From NCBI RefSeq assembly GCF_018350175.1, contig NC_058373.1:117678001-117742000 (forward strand): a DNA stretch of 64,000 nt, written 5' to 3'. Below the pieces are notes generated by a model. That model saw only the letters and a program-made list of their open reading frames with translations, was not told where the DNA came from and did not search any database. Shown here piece after piece: positions 26,903 through 39,629 of the stretch. A program made the translations under genes and the position numbers. Source of the stretch: Felis catus. Lineage: Eukaryota. Within the stretch, counting starts at the first letter, position 1. Every line of letters starts with the position of its first letter.

Positions 26903-27066
26903 GTTTTTAATTTATTTATTTAAATTCGAGTTTAACATACAGTGTAGTATTGGTTTCAGGAGTAGAACTTAGTGATTCATCACTGACATGGAACACCCAG
27001 TGGTCATCCTAACAAGTGCCCTCCTTAATGCCCATCACCCATCTAGCCCACCCCCTCCACCTCCCA
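26903..27066 (-). mobile_element. Short 3' fragment of a carnivore-specific L1
   Basis: T-rich tail then AACATACAGTGTAGTATTGGTTTCAGGAGTAGAA...AAGTGCCCTCCTTAATGCCCATCACCCA, typical of a carnivore L1 3' end in reverse. Flanks CCATTGTCT / CCATTTTCT resemble a TSD. Confidence 0.8.
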
Positions 27067-27220
27067 TTTTCTATCAGGTCTCTGGTCCCTTGTCCCTCAA
27101 ATGTTAAGAGTTCTTTATATGTTAGGGGTATTAGCTCTTTATTTGTGGCATATGCTGCAAATATATCCTCCCAGTTTGTTAGCTGTCTTTTTACTTTATC
27201 ATGGTTTTTTACTATGCAAA

Positions 27221-27441
27221 TTTTTTTAATGTTTATTCATTTTGAGAGAGACAGAGAGAGACAAAGGGATTTAGAACAGGAGCAGCGGAGGGGCAGAGGT
27301 TGGAAGAAAGAGAATTCCAGGCAGGCTCTGCACTGTCAGCACAGAGCCTGATGCAGGGCTCAAACGCACGAACAGTTAGATCATGACCTGAGCCAAAATC
27401 AACAGTCAGACGCCTAACCGACTGAGCCACCCAGGCAACCC
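27221..27441 (-). mobile_element. CAN-SINE inserted in an old L1
   Basis: SINEC body in reverse. TSD-like TACTATGCAA on both sides. Confidence 0.9.
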
Positions 27442-28610
27442 TACTATGCAAGTTTTTCTGTAGCCAAATCTGTCAGTATTTTCTTTTATTGCTTCTTAAT
27501 TCTGAGTCACAGAAAATCTTTCCTTGTATTTAGACTAGAGAGGAATTCACCCACGTTTTCTTCTAATACTAACATGGTTTTATCTTTTATATGTAGATCC
27601 CCAGTCCATTTACAGACTGTTCTTATATATTATGTGAGATATGGACCTAATTTTATCTTTTACAAAATGATTACCCTATTGTGTCAGCACCATTCATGAA
27701 AATGTAATTAGAGGCAACCTTTATCCTAATACCAAAGGTCCATAGATAGCTGGGTCAATCTATGGGTTTCTTTTCTATTCCATTGGTCTATTTGTCTATA
27801 CTGTTTTAACCAGAGGCTTTATAGTAAATAAATAATAACTGATAGGGCTAGTCTCCACTCATAATTTGTTGTTTTCAGTGTTTTCTTGACTATTCTAGCG
27901 TATTTATTTTTCCACATGAACTTTAGTATCAATTTGTCTAATTCCACAGAAGAGCTTGTTTGGTATTTTTATTGGGTTTGAATTAAATTTGTAAACTCAG
28001 GAAGAACTGACATCTTTCTAATGTTGAATCATTCTATCCAAGATCGCAAAAATGTCTTTCCATTTGCTCAAGTCTACTTCTGGGCTTTTTCAAAAGGGTT
28101 CCAAACCTGTTTTTGTTTTTTCAAAAAAACCTTTTTTTTCCCCCTTTATATGGGATTTTCACATTATCGTTAAGCTTATTTCTAAGTATTTCTTCTTTGT
28201 TGCTATTGTAAATGGGATTGCTGTACTATTGTATCCTAACTGGCTGTTATTTGTGCATGTGAAGGCTATTAATTTTTGTGTGGTAATTTTATCAGCAGAT
28301 AACATCCTGCTACCTTTAATGTTTGAGGTAACTTTATCATTGCTTCTCTAGGGTTTTCCAGATATACTATTCTAGTTTGTGAATTAGAGTTTTGCTACTT
28401 TGTTACCATTCTTATACCAGTAGTTGATTTCTCTTATCTAATCACATTAGTTAATATCTCTAGAATGATGGCAAATAGTTATGGAAATAGTGGGCATCCT
28501 TACTTGGTTCCTGATCTTAGTAGAAATGCCTCTAGTGTTTCCCCATTAAATAAAATAACGGATTTAGTTCTAAGGTATAACAAGTTTATCATATTAAGAA
28601 ATATCCCACA

Positions 28611-28829
28611 GGGGCGCCTGGGTGGCTCAGTCGGTTAAGCGTCCGACTTCAGCTCAGGTCACGATCTCGCGGTCCGCAAGTTCGAGCCCCGCGTCGGGCT
28701 CTGGGCTGATGGCTCAGAACCTGGAGCCTGCTTCCGATTCTGTGTCTCCCTCTCTCTCTGCCCCTCCCCTGTTCATGCTCTGTCTCTCTCTGTTTCAAAA
28801 ATAAATAAACGTTAAAAAAAATTTAAAAA
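28611..28829 (+). mobile_element. Young felid SINEC_Fc-type SINE
   Basis: GGGGCGCCTGGGTGGCTCAGTCGGTTAAGCGTCCGACTTCAGCTCAGGTCACGATCTCGCGG... with CpGs retained. TSD AAATATCCCACA at 28599-28610 and 28830-28841. Confidence 0.95.
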
Positions 28830-28889
28830 AAATATCCCACAATTCCTGATTTGTTGAGTGTTTTTTTTTTAAGTCACGAATAGGTGTTG

Positions 28890-30170
28890 AAACTACCTTG
28901 TGATTTTGAAAACTGATAAATAAAGGGAAAGAACCAAGCATTTATCCTACCTTTTCTATATAATCTAAACTTGAGAGTAACCAAATATAAGGTTGGAAAA
29001 GTTTCTCTTTGCAGTAATTCTACTCCAGCTAGTAAACAAAGAAGAAATTATAAAATAAGAATATCACTATTTTGCAACCTCTAATGACACAGTCAGTCTA
29101 GGGGCACCTGAGTGGCTCAGTGGTTGGGTGTCTGACTCTTGATTTTGGCTCAGGTCATGGTCTCACGGTTCATGGGTTCAAGCCCCATGTCAGGCTCTGC
29201 GCTGACAGTGTAGAGCCTGCTTGGGATCCCCTCTCTCCCTCTCTCTCTGCCTCTTCCCCGCTTGTGCTTGTTCACTCCACTCTCTCTCAAAAATAATAAA
29301 CATTTTAAAAATAATCAAGTTGAAGATCATCAATAGCTTCCACATTCACAAAAAGAATTGTACCAGGCATTAAATACTTCCTGATAAAAGAATACACACT
29401 ACTTATGAAGTAGTCTTGAGATATATATGTGTGTGTGTATGAGTATATATATACATATATATATATGTATATATACACATATAATCAATTCCCATATATA
29501 CTATATTATAATATATATTTTCTAATATTAGAGCCAGAGAGAAAGAGCCTGAATTTGATGAGGATTCTAGTTCTAAGCACCAATATACAAGAGATATAAG
29601 AGACAGAGGGAAATGTCAAACACCAGTATAGGGATGTAGTCAGTAAAAATACAGTCCTGGGAAACTCGGCTGAACAAATTAACTGATTTCTTAAACAAAA
29701 ATTCAAGGGGGAAAAAAGAGAGCAAAATGGAGGGGAAACATACATGTTAAAAGAAACTTTAAAGACATATCAACTAATTGCAAAGTATGAGCCTTATCTG
29801 GATCCCAATTCAAATAAACGAGCTACAATAAAAAAACATTTAAGACAGTTTAAGGCAAGGCAATACTGAAGACAATTGCGGCAATAGGAATGTTAACTGG
29901 ATGTTTGGTTATATTAAGGAATTATTGATTCTTTTTTAGTTATGTCAACATTTTTGTCACTCTTGTTAAAAAGTAAGTCCTTATCTTTTGGGGAAACATG
30001 AAATATTTACAGGTAAAGTGATATTATGACCAGGATTATGTGGGAGGATGTGGGAGGATTTATAAAACAAGACTAGACAGTATTGATCATAGTTGAAGCT
30101 GGTGGTAGGGTCTATCAGTTTCATTATTTTCTGTACCTTTGTATAAGTTTGAAATCGTCTGTAACAAAAA
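28890..30170 (+). mobile_element. Old L1M (L1MC-like) 3' end, right half
   Basis: TTTTGAAAACTGATAAATAAAGGGAAAGAACCAAGCATTTATCC continues the L1MC 3'UTR. Ends with ...TTTGTATAAGTTTGAAATCG...AAAAAG. Confidence 0.7.
29101..29312 (+). mobile_element. CAN-SINE (older subfamily)
   Basis: GGGCACCTGAGTGGCTCAGT... head, CT tract and AAAATAATAAA tail; CpGs decayed. Confidence 0.9.
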
Positions 30171-30520
30171 GTGTGTTTTTTTTAAATTCTGCATTTATTA
30201 GAGTTAACGTTTAGACCCAATGAGATCACGTACTCTGGAACATGGTGTAAATGGTCAGGCACATCCCAACCATAAGCAGTGGGCACCACTGTCTGTCACT
30301 GAACCCTCAAGGGAAAGTGGCAGTGAGGTAGCCTCTGGCTGTCACCTCCTACACCTCCCTCCACAGACACAGAGAGCACCCAAGGTCCCTGTTGGGCAAG
30401 GAGGGGTTCTGACATTTTCCCCAGGAGCCCAGTGACAAGATTCCTTCCTTCTTTTCCACCCCTCTAAGGATTCCCAGACCCTTGGATTTCTCCCTCCTGC
30501 AAGGGAAGTCCCAAACTCAC

Positions 30521-30633
30521 ATCATTCTCCGAGGTCCCACAAAGGATGCAGGATTTGCACTCTATGCACTGCCACTTGTAGGTCTTGACGGCCTCGGTCA
30601 TGTTCAGGGTGAACTGCAGGCAGGTTGGGTGAC
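30521..30633 (-). CDS. DPF3: DPF3 internal coding exon (DPF3b): second half of PHD1 and start of PHD2
   Basis: Minus strand CTTGCAG|GT CAC CCA ACC TGC...GAG AAT GAT|GTGAGT. 113 nt, phase 1 in, phase 0 out. Translates (G)[37 protein letters not shown], the recognisable DPF3 double-PHD sequence, and is part of ORF 30464..30724. Confidence 0.97.
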
Positions 30634-32529
30634 CTGCAAGAAGCAGAAATGGCAGCATAAGGGCCACAGGATCTGACCTGTCACCCCTCAACATCACTTT
30701 AACCAAAAACACATTTATGCCCAACTTAGAGGAAGGGCAGGTAGCACAGGCTGGGGAAAAACTGGGCCCCTACCCACACCCCTCACGGCCACCTGCAGTT
30801 ACATCAGATCAAGGCCCAAGAGAGATATTGGCATTAACCCTGTTACCAGGGATAGATGCCATCCACGTCCTCTTGCCCTAAGAGTCGCGTCCCCTTGAAG
30901 GTGTAACCGGTCGATGAGGACAGAAAGTGGCGATCAGAGAGGAAGAGAAGGGAAATTGTGGAGTGTACTGTACAAGGCAGCACCATGAAAGTCACCAGCA
31001 TTTCGACCCAAACCTCAGCATCAACCGTGACAGGAGCAACACATAAGAGCTGTTTGGAGCTAGGCCTTCCAACCTGCACAGTTGTCCACATTCACACTGC
31101 CTCCAGGCACAGGGAGTAGGTCAGAAGGAGCGTGTGAGCTTTCCCAGGGCAGAGTCCAGGGGCTCTGTGAAATAGCACTGCACTGCTATGTAAAGAATCC
31201 ATGCCCACACCCAGGACACTAGTAGAAGTTCACGCCCTGCACGGTAACAGGAACCATGGAGGAGAGCGGCCTGGCAGGCAGGGCAAAAAAGTGTACCATA
31301 GCATCACAATGACCAGGTCTATCCACTGGTCCTTACTCTTCTCCATCCCAAGTATCATGTTAGCCAAACCATTAGCAAATCAGGGGTGGACACTAATTGG
31401 GGTTGGACATTAAGCTGTGACCTAAGAGCACACAGTCCCAGTGGCCCATCATCCAAGGCTTGGCATGAAGGGCTGGACTCTCTTTGCAGCCATGGCACAC
31501 CCAAAAGAGAGATGCCAGCCCTGAGAGAGCAGCTATGAGCCATAGAATGTGAAGACTCTTGGCCTTCTATTTGGCAGGGAAGAGAAACTTGGGTGATGTC
31601 CCCAGGTTTTGCAGGAATCTGCCCACAGCACCCAAGGCAATGTCCATGACTGACTCTGTCACAAAAGAACTGGGAGCTCTGCTGGGGGTTCACCCTTTTC
31701 CAGAGACCCCAGCTCCACCAAACCCACCACATAGTGTATTGCATTGCTTCTTGCTTGTAAGGGAATGTGTTCTCCCAAAGAAGAATACTAAAGAGAGGGG
31801 ACACCCTCTCTTTAGTCCTACCAACCTAGTACCCTCCACAGATAGTCAGGACCCCACATGGTAGCACCACCCCTTGGCAAAGCCACATCCCAGCAGGAGG
31901 TCCCCATTTCCTCCCTTCCAAATATTCAGAGGGCTGGTTACATTGTGGTCATTCGGGAACATGCTGTCTATTCAGTCAACATAAGGATCCTTCAAATATG
32001 AGCGTCCACAAATATAAATCTCACGGAGTCCTCTCTGAGAGAATAAGAGTGGGGATGGAAATGACTCATCAGTGCGGAGCACGGGGGACACTTAGCAAGG
32101 AACACACAGAAGCATCGAGAGAGGGCAGATCTAAAAGCTTTTCAAGGACTCACCAGGTGCCATCCAACTTAGAAGTTCCCACAGCTCTGAATTAATAAGG
32201 CTCTCAAAGTGCCACCATGGCAATGACCCAGAGAGAAACAAGCCCAGATGAATATCCAGCTGATATTCTTGAAAACATCTCAAAGATCTGTCTAAGAATG
32301 ACACAGGGTTGTTCTCAATTCCAATCTCCCAGAAAGAATACTGGGGTGGGAATGAGAGAGAAAACACCAGCTTGAGGTTCTGAGTGGTATGGGCTGTGGA
32401 TGTCCAGGATCTCAGACAGGGCACCCCTGGGTAGGTTGAAGATGAGTCCACGGAGCAGATACCCATATATGCAAGTCAATTTTGCCCAGTTCTGTGGCTT
32501 CATCTCAGCCACAACCAGCTGTCTTGAGA

Positions 32530-34070
32530 TAATTGTTCATTAACTTAACAGGCATTCCCTGAGCACCTGCTAGGCCACTCATTGCATTAGACAAAAAAAG
32601 ATACAGTGGTGAGCAAGGCACCCCAAACCCCTCTAATGCAGCCAGAGAGAACTCAAATTAATAAGCTACATGCACACTTACCGTTGTGTGATAGGTTCCA
32701 TGAAGGAAAATCATAATGAAACAAACCACAGTAGAACCTCACCTAGTCAGAGATGTCAAGGAAACCATCCAAGCAAGATCTTTAAGCTGATACCTGACAG
32801 ATAAAGAGGACTTAGCTGGTTTGGAGGAGGGAGGGTGAGAGGCAGTAGAGAGGTACCTGGAGCCAGATTACACAGGGACCTAGAGCCCTTATTTAAGGAT
32901 TCGGAGCTTGAAAACCATTAAAGGGTTTTAAGCAAGGTGTTGACTGGATCACACTGTGTTTTAAAGGAGCATTCTTTAGCATGAGAGACCTTTGGGGTGA
33001 TGAAGCAGTCTGTACCTTGATGGTGGTGGCGATTACATATGTGGAAGATTGCATAGAGCCGTACATATACACACATGAGTACTCATGCATGTGTATGCCT
33101 GTAAAACCAGTAAAATGTGAATAATTGCATCGATGTCAGTTGCCTGGCTTTGAGAGTGTACTATAGTTATGTAAGCCGGTACCATGGGGAGAAACAGAGC
33201 AAAGGGTGCACGGGACCTCTGTGTAATATATTTTTGTAACTTTCTAAGAAGCTATCATCATTTCAAAATAGAAAGTTGAAAGGATATTTTTAAATAAGGA
33301 AAGCACAAATAAAGATTCAAATCATCAAAAAGGAAGGTAGGAAGGAAGAAGCTGCTGTCTAAGAAAAGAATGTGTTGGGGAACAGGGGGAAAGGGAGGTA
33401 CAAGAATTGCTGCCAGGAAGCCAGTCAGAAGCTACTGGGAGAGAGACAAGGATGGTTAAGCTAAGGTGGAGATTTCAGAGTATTAAAGAAATCACTGATA
33501 GGACTCAAAAACTGTTTGAATGTTGGGAGTGTGGGGAGAAAGAGATGATGAGAATATTCTCAAGGTTCTGGATCTAAGAACCTGGGTGGGTTATGCAATA
33601 GCTTTACTCAGACGAGAAAGACTATAATAAGCATAGAAGGACTTGATGCAGAGCAGGGAGAGAGGGCTTCTCTCTGTCTGGGGCATGTTGAACTTGGGAA
33701 GTTTGGGAGACTTCTGGTAGAAATGTCAAGTGGAGAGTCAAATATATGGATTTATAACTCAAGAGAGAAACATGGACTAGACATATAAATTTAGGAGCCG
33801 TTGCTAAATAGGTGGTCATCGAAACCATGAGAATTAATGAAGTCATCGAAGAGAAGGGCAAAGGGAAGAGAAAGGATGAGGAGAGAACAGAGGGGAGAGA
33901 AAAAGGTCTAGGACTGCACATAGAGAACTCAACTATTTAACAATGAAAAGAAAGAACCAAGAGAGGAGACTGGGAAGGATGGCCAGGGAGGTAGATACAA
34001 ACTATGCAAGCATGGGGTCAGAGCAGACAAAAGAAGAGATTTCAAGGAGAAAGGGTGGTCAGTTGTGTTG
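32530..34070 (-). mobile_element. L2 fragments
   Basis: TTCATTAAC...CTGAGCACCTGC...GATACAGTGGTGAGCAAG and TTTTAAGCAAGG...ATCACACTGTGTTTTAAAG; interrupted by the L1 fragment at 32990-33280. Confidence 0.65.
32990..33280 (+). mobile_element. L1M 3' end fragment inserted in L2
   Basis: GGGTGATGAA...CTGTACCTTGATGGTGGTGG...GGGACCTCTGTGTA...TTTGTAACTTTC...ATTTCAAAATAGAAAGTT. Confidence 0.7.
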
Positions 34071-37000
34071 ACTTCCACAGGTTCTTGGTTTATCATTGCT
34101 TAATAAAGACCCAGAGTGAGGGAGTGTTGACAGATCAGAGCAAAAGCTGCCCTACTAATAGTAACACTCCAGGAGTGTCATCTTCCCTAGGAAGGAAGGT
34201 CAGCACATTCCAGAACACGACATGGAATTCAGTAGCCAAATGTGCATGTGGGGCTGCCTCTGTGGGTAGGGATGGAGGGTGGCATGTGTGCTTTGTGCCA
34301 ACAACATTCCACAAATATTTATTAAGAGCTAATTCTATATTCAAGTTCTCTTAGACCACTGTGCCAAGCTCTGAAGACATTTTCTGGAATAGCTTTGGAC
34401 CAGTGAACAGTAGCAAGTGGTTTCTGGAAACTCCTGTTGGAAGTCTCTGAAAATATCCTATGGGCTTTTTCTGTGTTTCTGTCTTGAGAAAGTCATCAGG
34501 GTCCCCAAAGGGAACAAAGCTCACACAGCCTACCCCCGACTCCTAACACCCCCAGTAAAATGCAGAAGTAGGATTAGCCTTAGCACTAGCTACAGAGCTC
34601 TGTCAGCTCAAAATTCAAGGCATCACTGAAGATCAAGAGGAAAGTAGAGAATGCAACGTCTTAGCTGGGGAGGGTGAGGCACAAGAAGTTAAGTCACACA
34701 AGCAGCCATTAGCAGGTGAAAAAATTATGTCTAAAACTAAATCCTCTGTGTTGTCACAACAGGTTGACTGCCTGTTGCCTGTCTCTAATAACTGGAAAAA
34801 TCATTTGCTAGATAAAACTGTAAGAATACAAATTCTTATCTACCATAGAAATGACTGAAATAATGCATACTGTTGGACAAAGGAAAAAGTTTCTAAGGAA
34901 AATGCTAGTAACCCATTCCTGAGTTTGACTCCGAAAACTCCTCATTTTTGCCCAGAACTACTTTCTAAAATCCTTGGAAGTAAGACAGTAGATATAGTCT
35001 TTCCAATTCAAGGGTAGAAAAAAGAGACACATTGGTGTAAAAAAATTTTTTACTTATAGTCACTTGCTACTTAAAGATGCCCATTTCAACTCTTTTGTAA
35101 AGTTAACTATAATTCTGTAAGGCATTTGCTTGGAAATTTAGTTTTTCTTATCTCCAGCCTCCTTAAAGCAAGGAATACCTGTATTGCTATTTAAATAGCC
35201 CTATGGAGTGAAGGGGAAACAACCCTTCCCAGGTCTCTGTGGGCGAGATGAATCAACAGGACATTTATAAGATTCCAATTACCAAAATGAATTTAGAAAG
35301 TGCTGCAGTGTGAATGACTCATCCCAGCCAGATCATTAGAAACCAAGTCCTTCCTGAGTGTTCCACCAAATTTCTTCCATCGGGAGAGTTCAGTAAATCT
35401 TCTGCCTGCTTATTTAGTTGGTCCTATAGTGACTTGGTGTGAAGATGCATTCCTAATCCAGCTCTAACTCCTTCCAAAATTGACCTCCATCCTCTGTAAA
35501 AGTTGAAAAAAATTTAACACATGGTCACCACGTGCTAGAAACCTAACTTCTGAACAGTGTTTTCAGACAATAGGAATTTGGCTCCAGGGTGCTATTGCAG
35601 AAGGTAGGAAGAAAGGGGAAACCAGTAGGATTTAAGAAGCTTCTCAGAAAAGAAGAGACTAAGAGAGTGAATGAGACTAAGGTGAATGCACTATAACCTA
35701 CCGAGCTCAGTAAAAAAAAGAGAGGGCTGGCATCTGAAAGCAGTGACAACTCCCTCGCCACTCGAAGAACACAGCTCATGACTTCTCAGAACCCCTGGAC
35801 TAGCTACGGAGAATGTTCCGGGGACAGCAAACGGGATTTCATGGTATTTGAGTGAGAAGGCACACAGATAAATATCCAGGCAAAAACCAGTTTCACACTC
35901 ACATCTCTTCCTACACATGCTCATATACAGCTGCCCACACACATGGGTATTTCCAACTTTTCAGAGACGAAAATATCTAAGTATACCTTGTTGATTAAGC
36001 TCACATTACGAGTGTGACTTAGAAGTTACCAGAAGTCATTAACCAGTCAATATCACTCTACAGATATGCAGCACAGTGAGAAAAACACAGTTCATTTTCA
36101 ACAAACCCTGGGCAAAGCTGGACAAAGTGCTGTGACACATATCTCTTATATTATGACCCTTATTAAGAGAGTTTTTTACTTCATCATCACCAATATTGAA
36201 TTTGGACTAGGCTAAGCCACATTGCTGATTAAATGACAGCTCCAGAAAAAAAAACCCACAGCATTATCTTGCTAGCTGTGTGCTAAAAATATAAATAAAA
36301 CAGATACAAATAACTGTGGAACTAGCATAGTCTATTATTTATTCATTGTGAAATTATAAACACCTAATTATATTTTATTTCCTTATTTATCAGTGTTGAT
36401 CTCTTAAAAACCAATTTCTCAGGAAAGAAAAACCTAAATATCCATGATTTCCAGGCAAGTAAGTGCAAGCCTCAAATTGCACTCGTTGGTCTGATGCTTA
36501 GTTTATAGAAATTACATTATATAAAATATGTAGGATCAATTCCAGTCTGAAATAGCACCAAAATCAGGTCTCCATGGGCATTCATTAAAAAATAATTTGG
36601 CTCAAATTTCTAACAGTTTCCTATATTCATACACACATAAAGTTTCTAATATTTACATATTGCAAAAATATGTAAGAAGCTTTAGCTGAAGAATTATGCA
36701 AAGTGCAGTCAAATTGGAATCATCCATGCTAAAGAGTAATTTGAGGAGAAAAAAATATTACTAGCTCACTCTGGGAAGCCTCTCATTCAATCAGATCCAT
36801 TCATTCTCACTTATTCTCTCTCCCTCACTCCTCTCTGTCTCTCTCTGTCTCTGTCTCTGTCTCCCCCTCCCTCTATTTCTCTCGCTCTCTCCTTTCCACC
36901 CCCCTCCACTCTGAGACTCAGCTTGTCAGGTAGAGGGAATGAGGCTCTGAATCATTATACTTCATCTGTAAAGGAGAGAGCCAATTCTGAGCAATCGAGA

Positions 37001-37618
37001 ATTCAACCCCTGCACACACATATTATGACAAGTATGTTAACCAGGCACTGCTTCTTCACATAGCTTATTTCCCAGGCCCTGCTTTGTAAACCTTCTGTAG
37101 TGGTCTGCAGGTTCAACTCTCATCTGCCCCAGCGTTACTTCTAACGCTAAGACATCCACAAATCAATGACACAATAGCATTCCAGAGGCACCCGTGTGGC
37201 TCCCTTTTTTCCTCATCGTTTTTAATGTACTTCAAAGAAGACAAAGAAGAGAAGGAGAGTAGAAAGGGTAAAGACCAAACAGACAAACACGCATTAAAAA
37301 TAAATGACGGTATGAGCCATAGCTGCCTTTTGCTTGGGCAACACTTCACTGTGCAGCAGGTTCAACTAGTCATAGAGGTGTCCTCATCCTCCCTCAAAGC
37401 TGCCAAACTCTAGGGCACCCAGATGTCTTGTGCAAGGCAAACCACAGACATTGTTACACTGGCCATTATTATCAATAACTATATAAAGCATATTCATGCA
37501 AAAGCATTAGAGGCACATTTAGTGGGCTAAACAGCTAAGGGCTTGTGGCATCATTCTCAAAGTGCCCTAGAAATCCTACCCCCCTCCAAGTTTTCATGGT
37601 CAAGAATAGTTCAAGACA

Positions 37619-37826
37619 GGGCACCTGGGTGGCTCAGTCTGTTAAGCGTCTGACTCTTGACTTTGGCTCCTCATCATGAGTTTAAGCCCCTCATCAGGCT
37701 CAGTGCTGACAGCTCAGAGCCTGCTTGGGATTCTCTCTCTGTCTCTCTGACCTTCCCCTGCTCACTCTCACTCTCTCTCTCTCTATCAAAATAAATAAAT
37801 AAATAAACTTAAAAAAAAAAAAAAAA
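37619..37826 (+). mobile_element. CAN-SINE with a small internal deletion
   Basis: SINEC head, CT tract and poly(A). TSD AAGAATAGTTCAAGA / AAGAATGGTCCAAGA. Confidence 0.9.
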
Positions 37827-39629
37827 GAATGGTCCAAGATAGAGTCTCATCTATAAACCTGAAGGCATGTGGTTGGTCGTCTTCGAGTGAAATAATGGAA
37901 TAAGTCAGCCTTGACCTGGACTTACATAACTTACCTGACTGGCCCAGGTGAGGACCAAGGCACAGCATTAGAAAGAAGTCAAGAGCCATGGTAATGATCC
38001 CAGCATCCCTAATGAGTCACTGCAGGTGAGGACCAAGGATAATTTATCCATTCACTCATTCCCTTGATAGTATTGTTGAATAAATGAATGTGGTGGGCAC
38101 TCTTCTAGGCATTGGGGATACACCAGCGAGAAAAACCAAACCCTGCCCTCATGGAGCAAGTACCACAATTTGAGATATATTGCAGCATCTGAGCACTTGT
38201 CCCTTGGACAAGTCATTTTGCCTCTCTGAGCACTAGTTTTCCAATACATTAAATGAAAGGATAAAAACCTGCTATCCATAAAGCTGTAGCTCTGTGCCTA
38301 TGCCACTCACAAACAGTATTTTTAGAGATATCATTAATCCCAAATTGCCCATCTGGTTGGTGGGATAAACAAAGCTTCTAAAGTTGCCAGCTAAAACTCA
38401 AAGGGAAAACAGGAACTAAGAAGGAAATTAAAACAAGCAGTTAGTGCTGCTAGATTCATGTCAACTTTTCCACTGGGCTAGCCCAGTATTAATCCAATAC
38501 CATGACAGAAAGCAAAAGAAATCTAGAAACCTAAAGCACTTCCATCGACCACACCACCTATCCCCATGCAATAAGTTGGACCTCTTCAGATGTGCTGTCA
38601 ATGAATCTGCAGACAGAGGCCTTGGGAAGTTTTCATCCGTGAAGAATATTGGATCTGGGTCGAGCTGGTCATGTGATAGTGGGCAGGTATTGCAAGGCCG
38701 GCAGTGGAAGAAGAGGGTCACCAATACATATTCAGGAGAGAGGACAGGCTGGAGATGTAGATTTAGAAATAATCCAGTGTGGGTGGTAGATGAAACCTTG
38801 GCACTTGGTGAAATATTCAGGGAGAGACCACAGAGTAAAATATTAAAGGGATTTTGTTGGAAGGAGAGGGAAGGGTAACCATTGGAATGAAGCAATTCAG
38901 GCTGATTTGACTTTCAAAACTTTAGCTGGAAGTGTAGATTGTAGGCAGCCATCTGCCAGTGATGTTTGCTCCACAACAGTGTGTGGAGGCCAGACTGAAT
39001 CATTGTTCAGAGCCAAACATCAATATCAGATGTGAATCCCTGACAGTGGCTGTGCATTTCGGGCCTCTCTGGACATTAAGAGCATCCAGTCATGGGGGTT
39101 GGCTAAAGGCTCTGGGTTTTCCTTGGAAACGTGAGCCTGAAGAAAAAACTGTTGCTCATGTTAGAGACTCTGTAATCCCTGTGCTTCCTTCTTGAGGGTT
39201 TTGTGGCATAACTGATGGGTAGCTGTTGGAAAAGAGCAGTTATTCATCAATACTTCATTACCTGTATCCTCTGGCTGTCAATCTTCCACGAATTAGAAGA
39301 TGGATTCATGGGTGGTCTAAGTTCTTGAGTTCTCTGAGAACCTATGAGATGGTATTCTAATTTATTTCTTTCAAAAATATTTGAGTTGTACCAAGTCAAA
39401 AGAAAAAACATACTTTCTTGTTTTTTTTTTTTTATCCTTTTCTATGTGACACTGGGAAGAAATCATAGAAGTGCCTGGAAGCAGAGGAGTGATACTATGC
39501 CTGTGACACTTTGTTTTACGTTTGATTTTTAAATCACTTTTAGTCTATTTTTGAGGGTTCTTCTGGCTGCAGTTTATTGCTTGTGATCAGGTTCTTACAG
39601 AAAAATAATTCCATCTAATTTGACCAAAT

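Larger units (their letters stand above)
24346..28889 (-). mobile_element. Antisense old L1M segments (3'UTR plus degenerate ORF2 end) with younger nested insertions
   Basis: T-rich antisense L1 motifs such as GAGATTGCTGAGTCAAAAGGTA, TTTGTATTCCCACTGACAATGTATGAGGG, GGGCATCCTTACTTGGTTCCTGATCTTAG. No intact ORF. Confidence 0.75.

Noticed and set aside
28611..28700. tRNA gene
   Set aside because: The A/B-box-like head belongs to a tRNA-derived CAN-SINE with CT tract, tail and TSD.
30464..30724. 86-aa ORF taken as a standalone gene
   Set aside because: Only 30521-30633 is exon; the flanks are intron read-through past clear splice sites.
35186..35199. 14-bp palindrome GCTATTTAAATAGC as a MEF2 site
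   Set aside because: The spacing does not fit CTA(A/T)4TAG, and a single AT-rich palindrome is plausible by chance.
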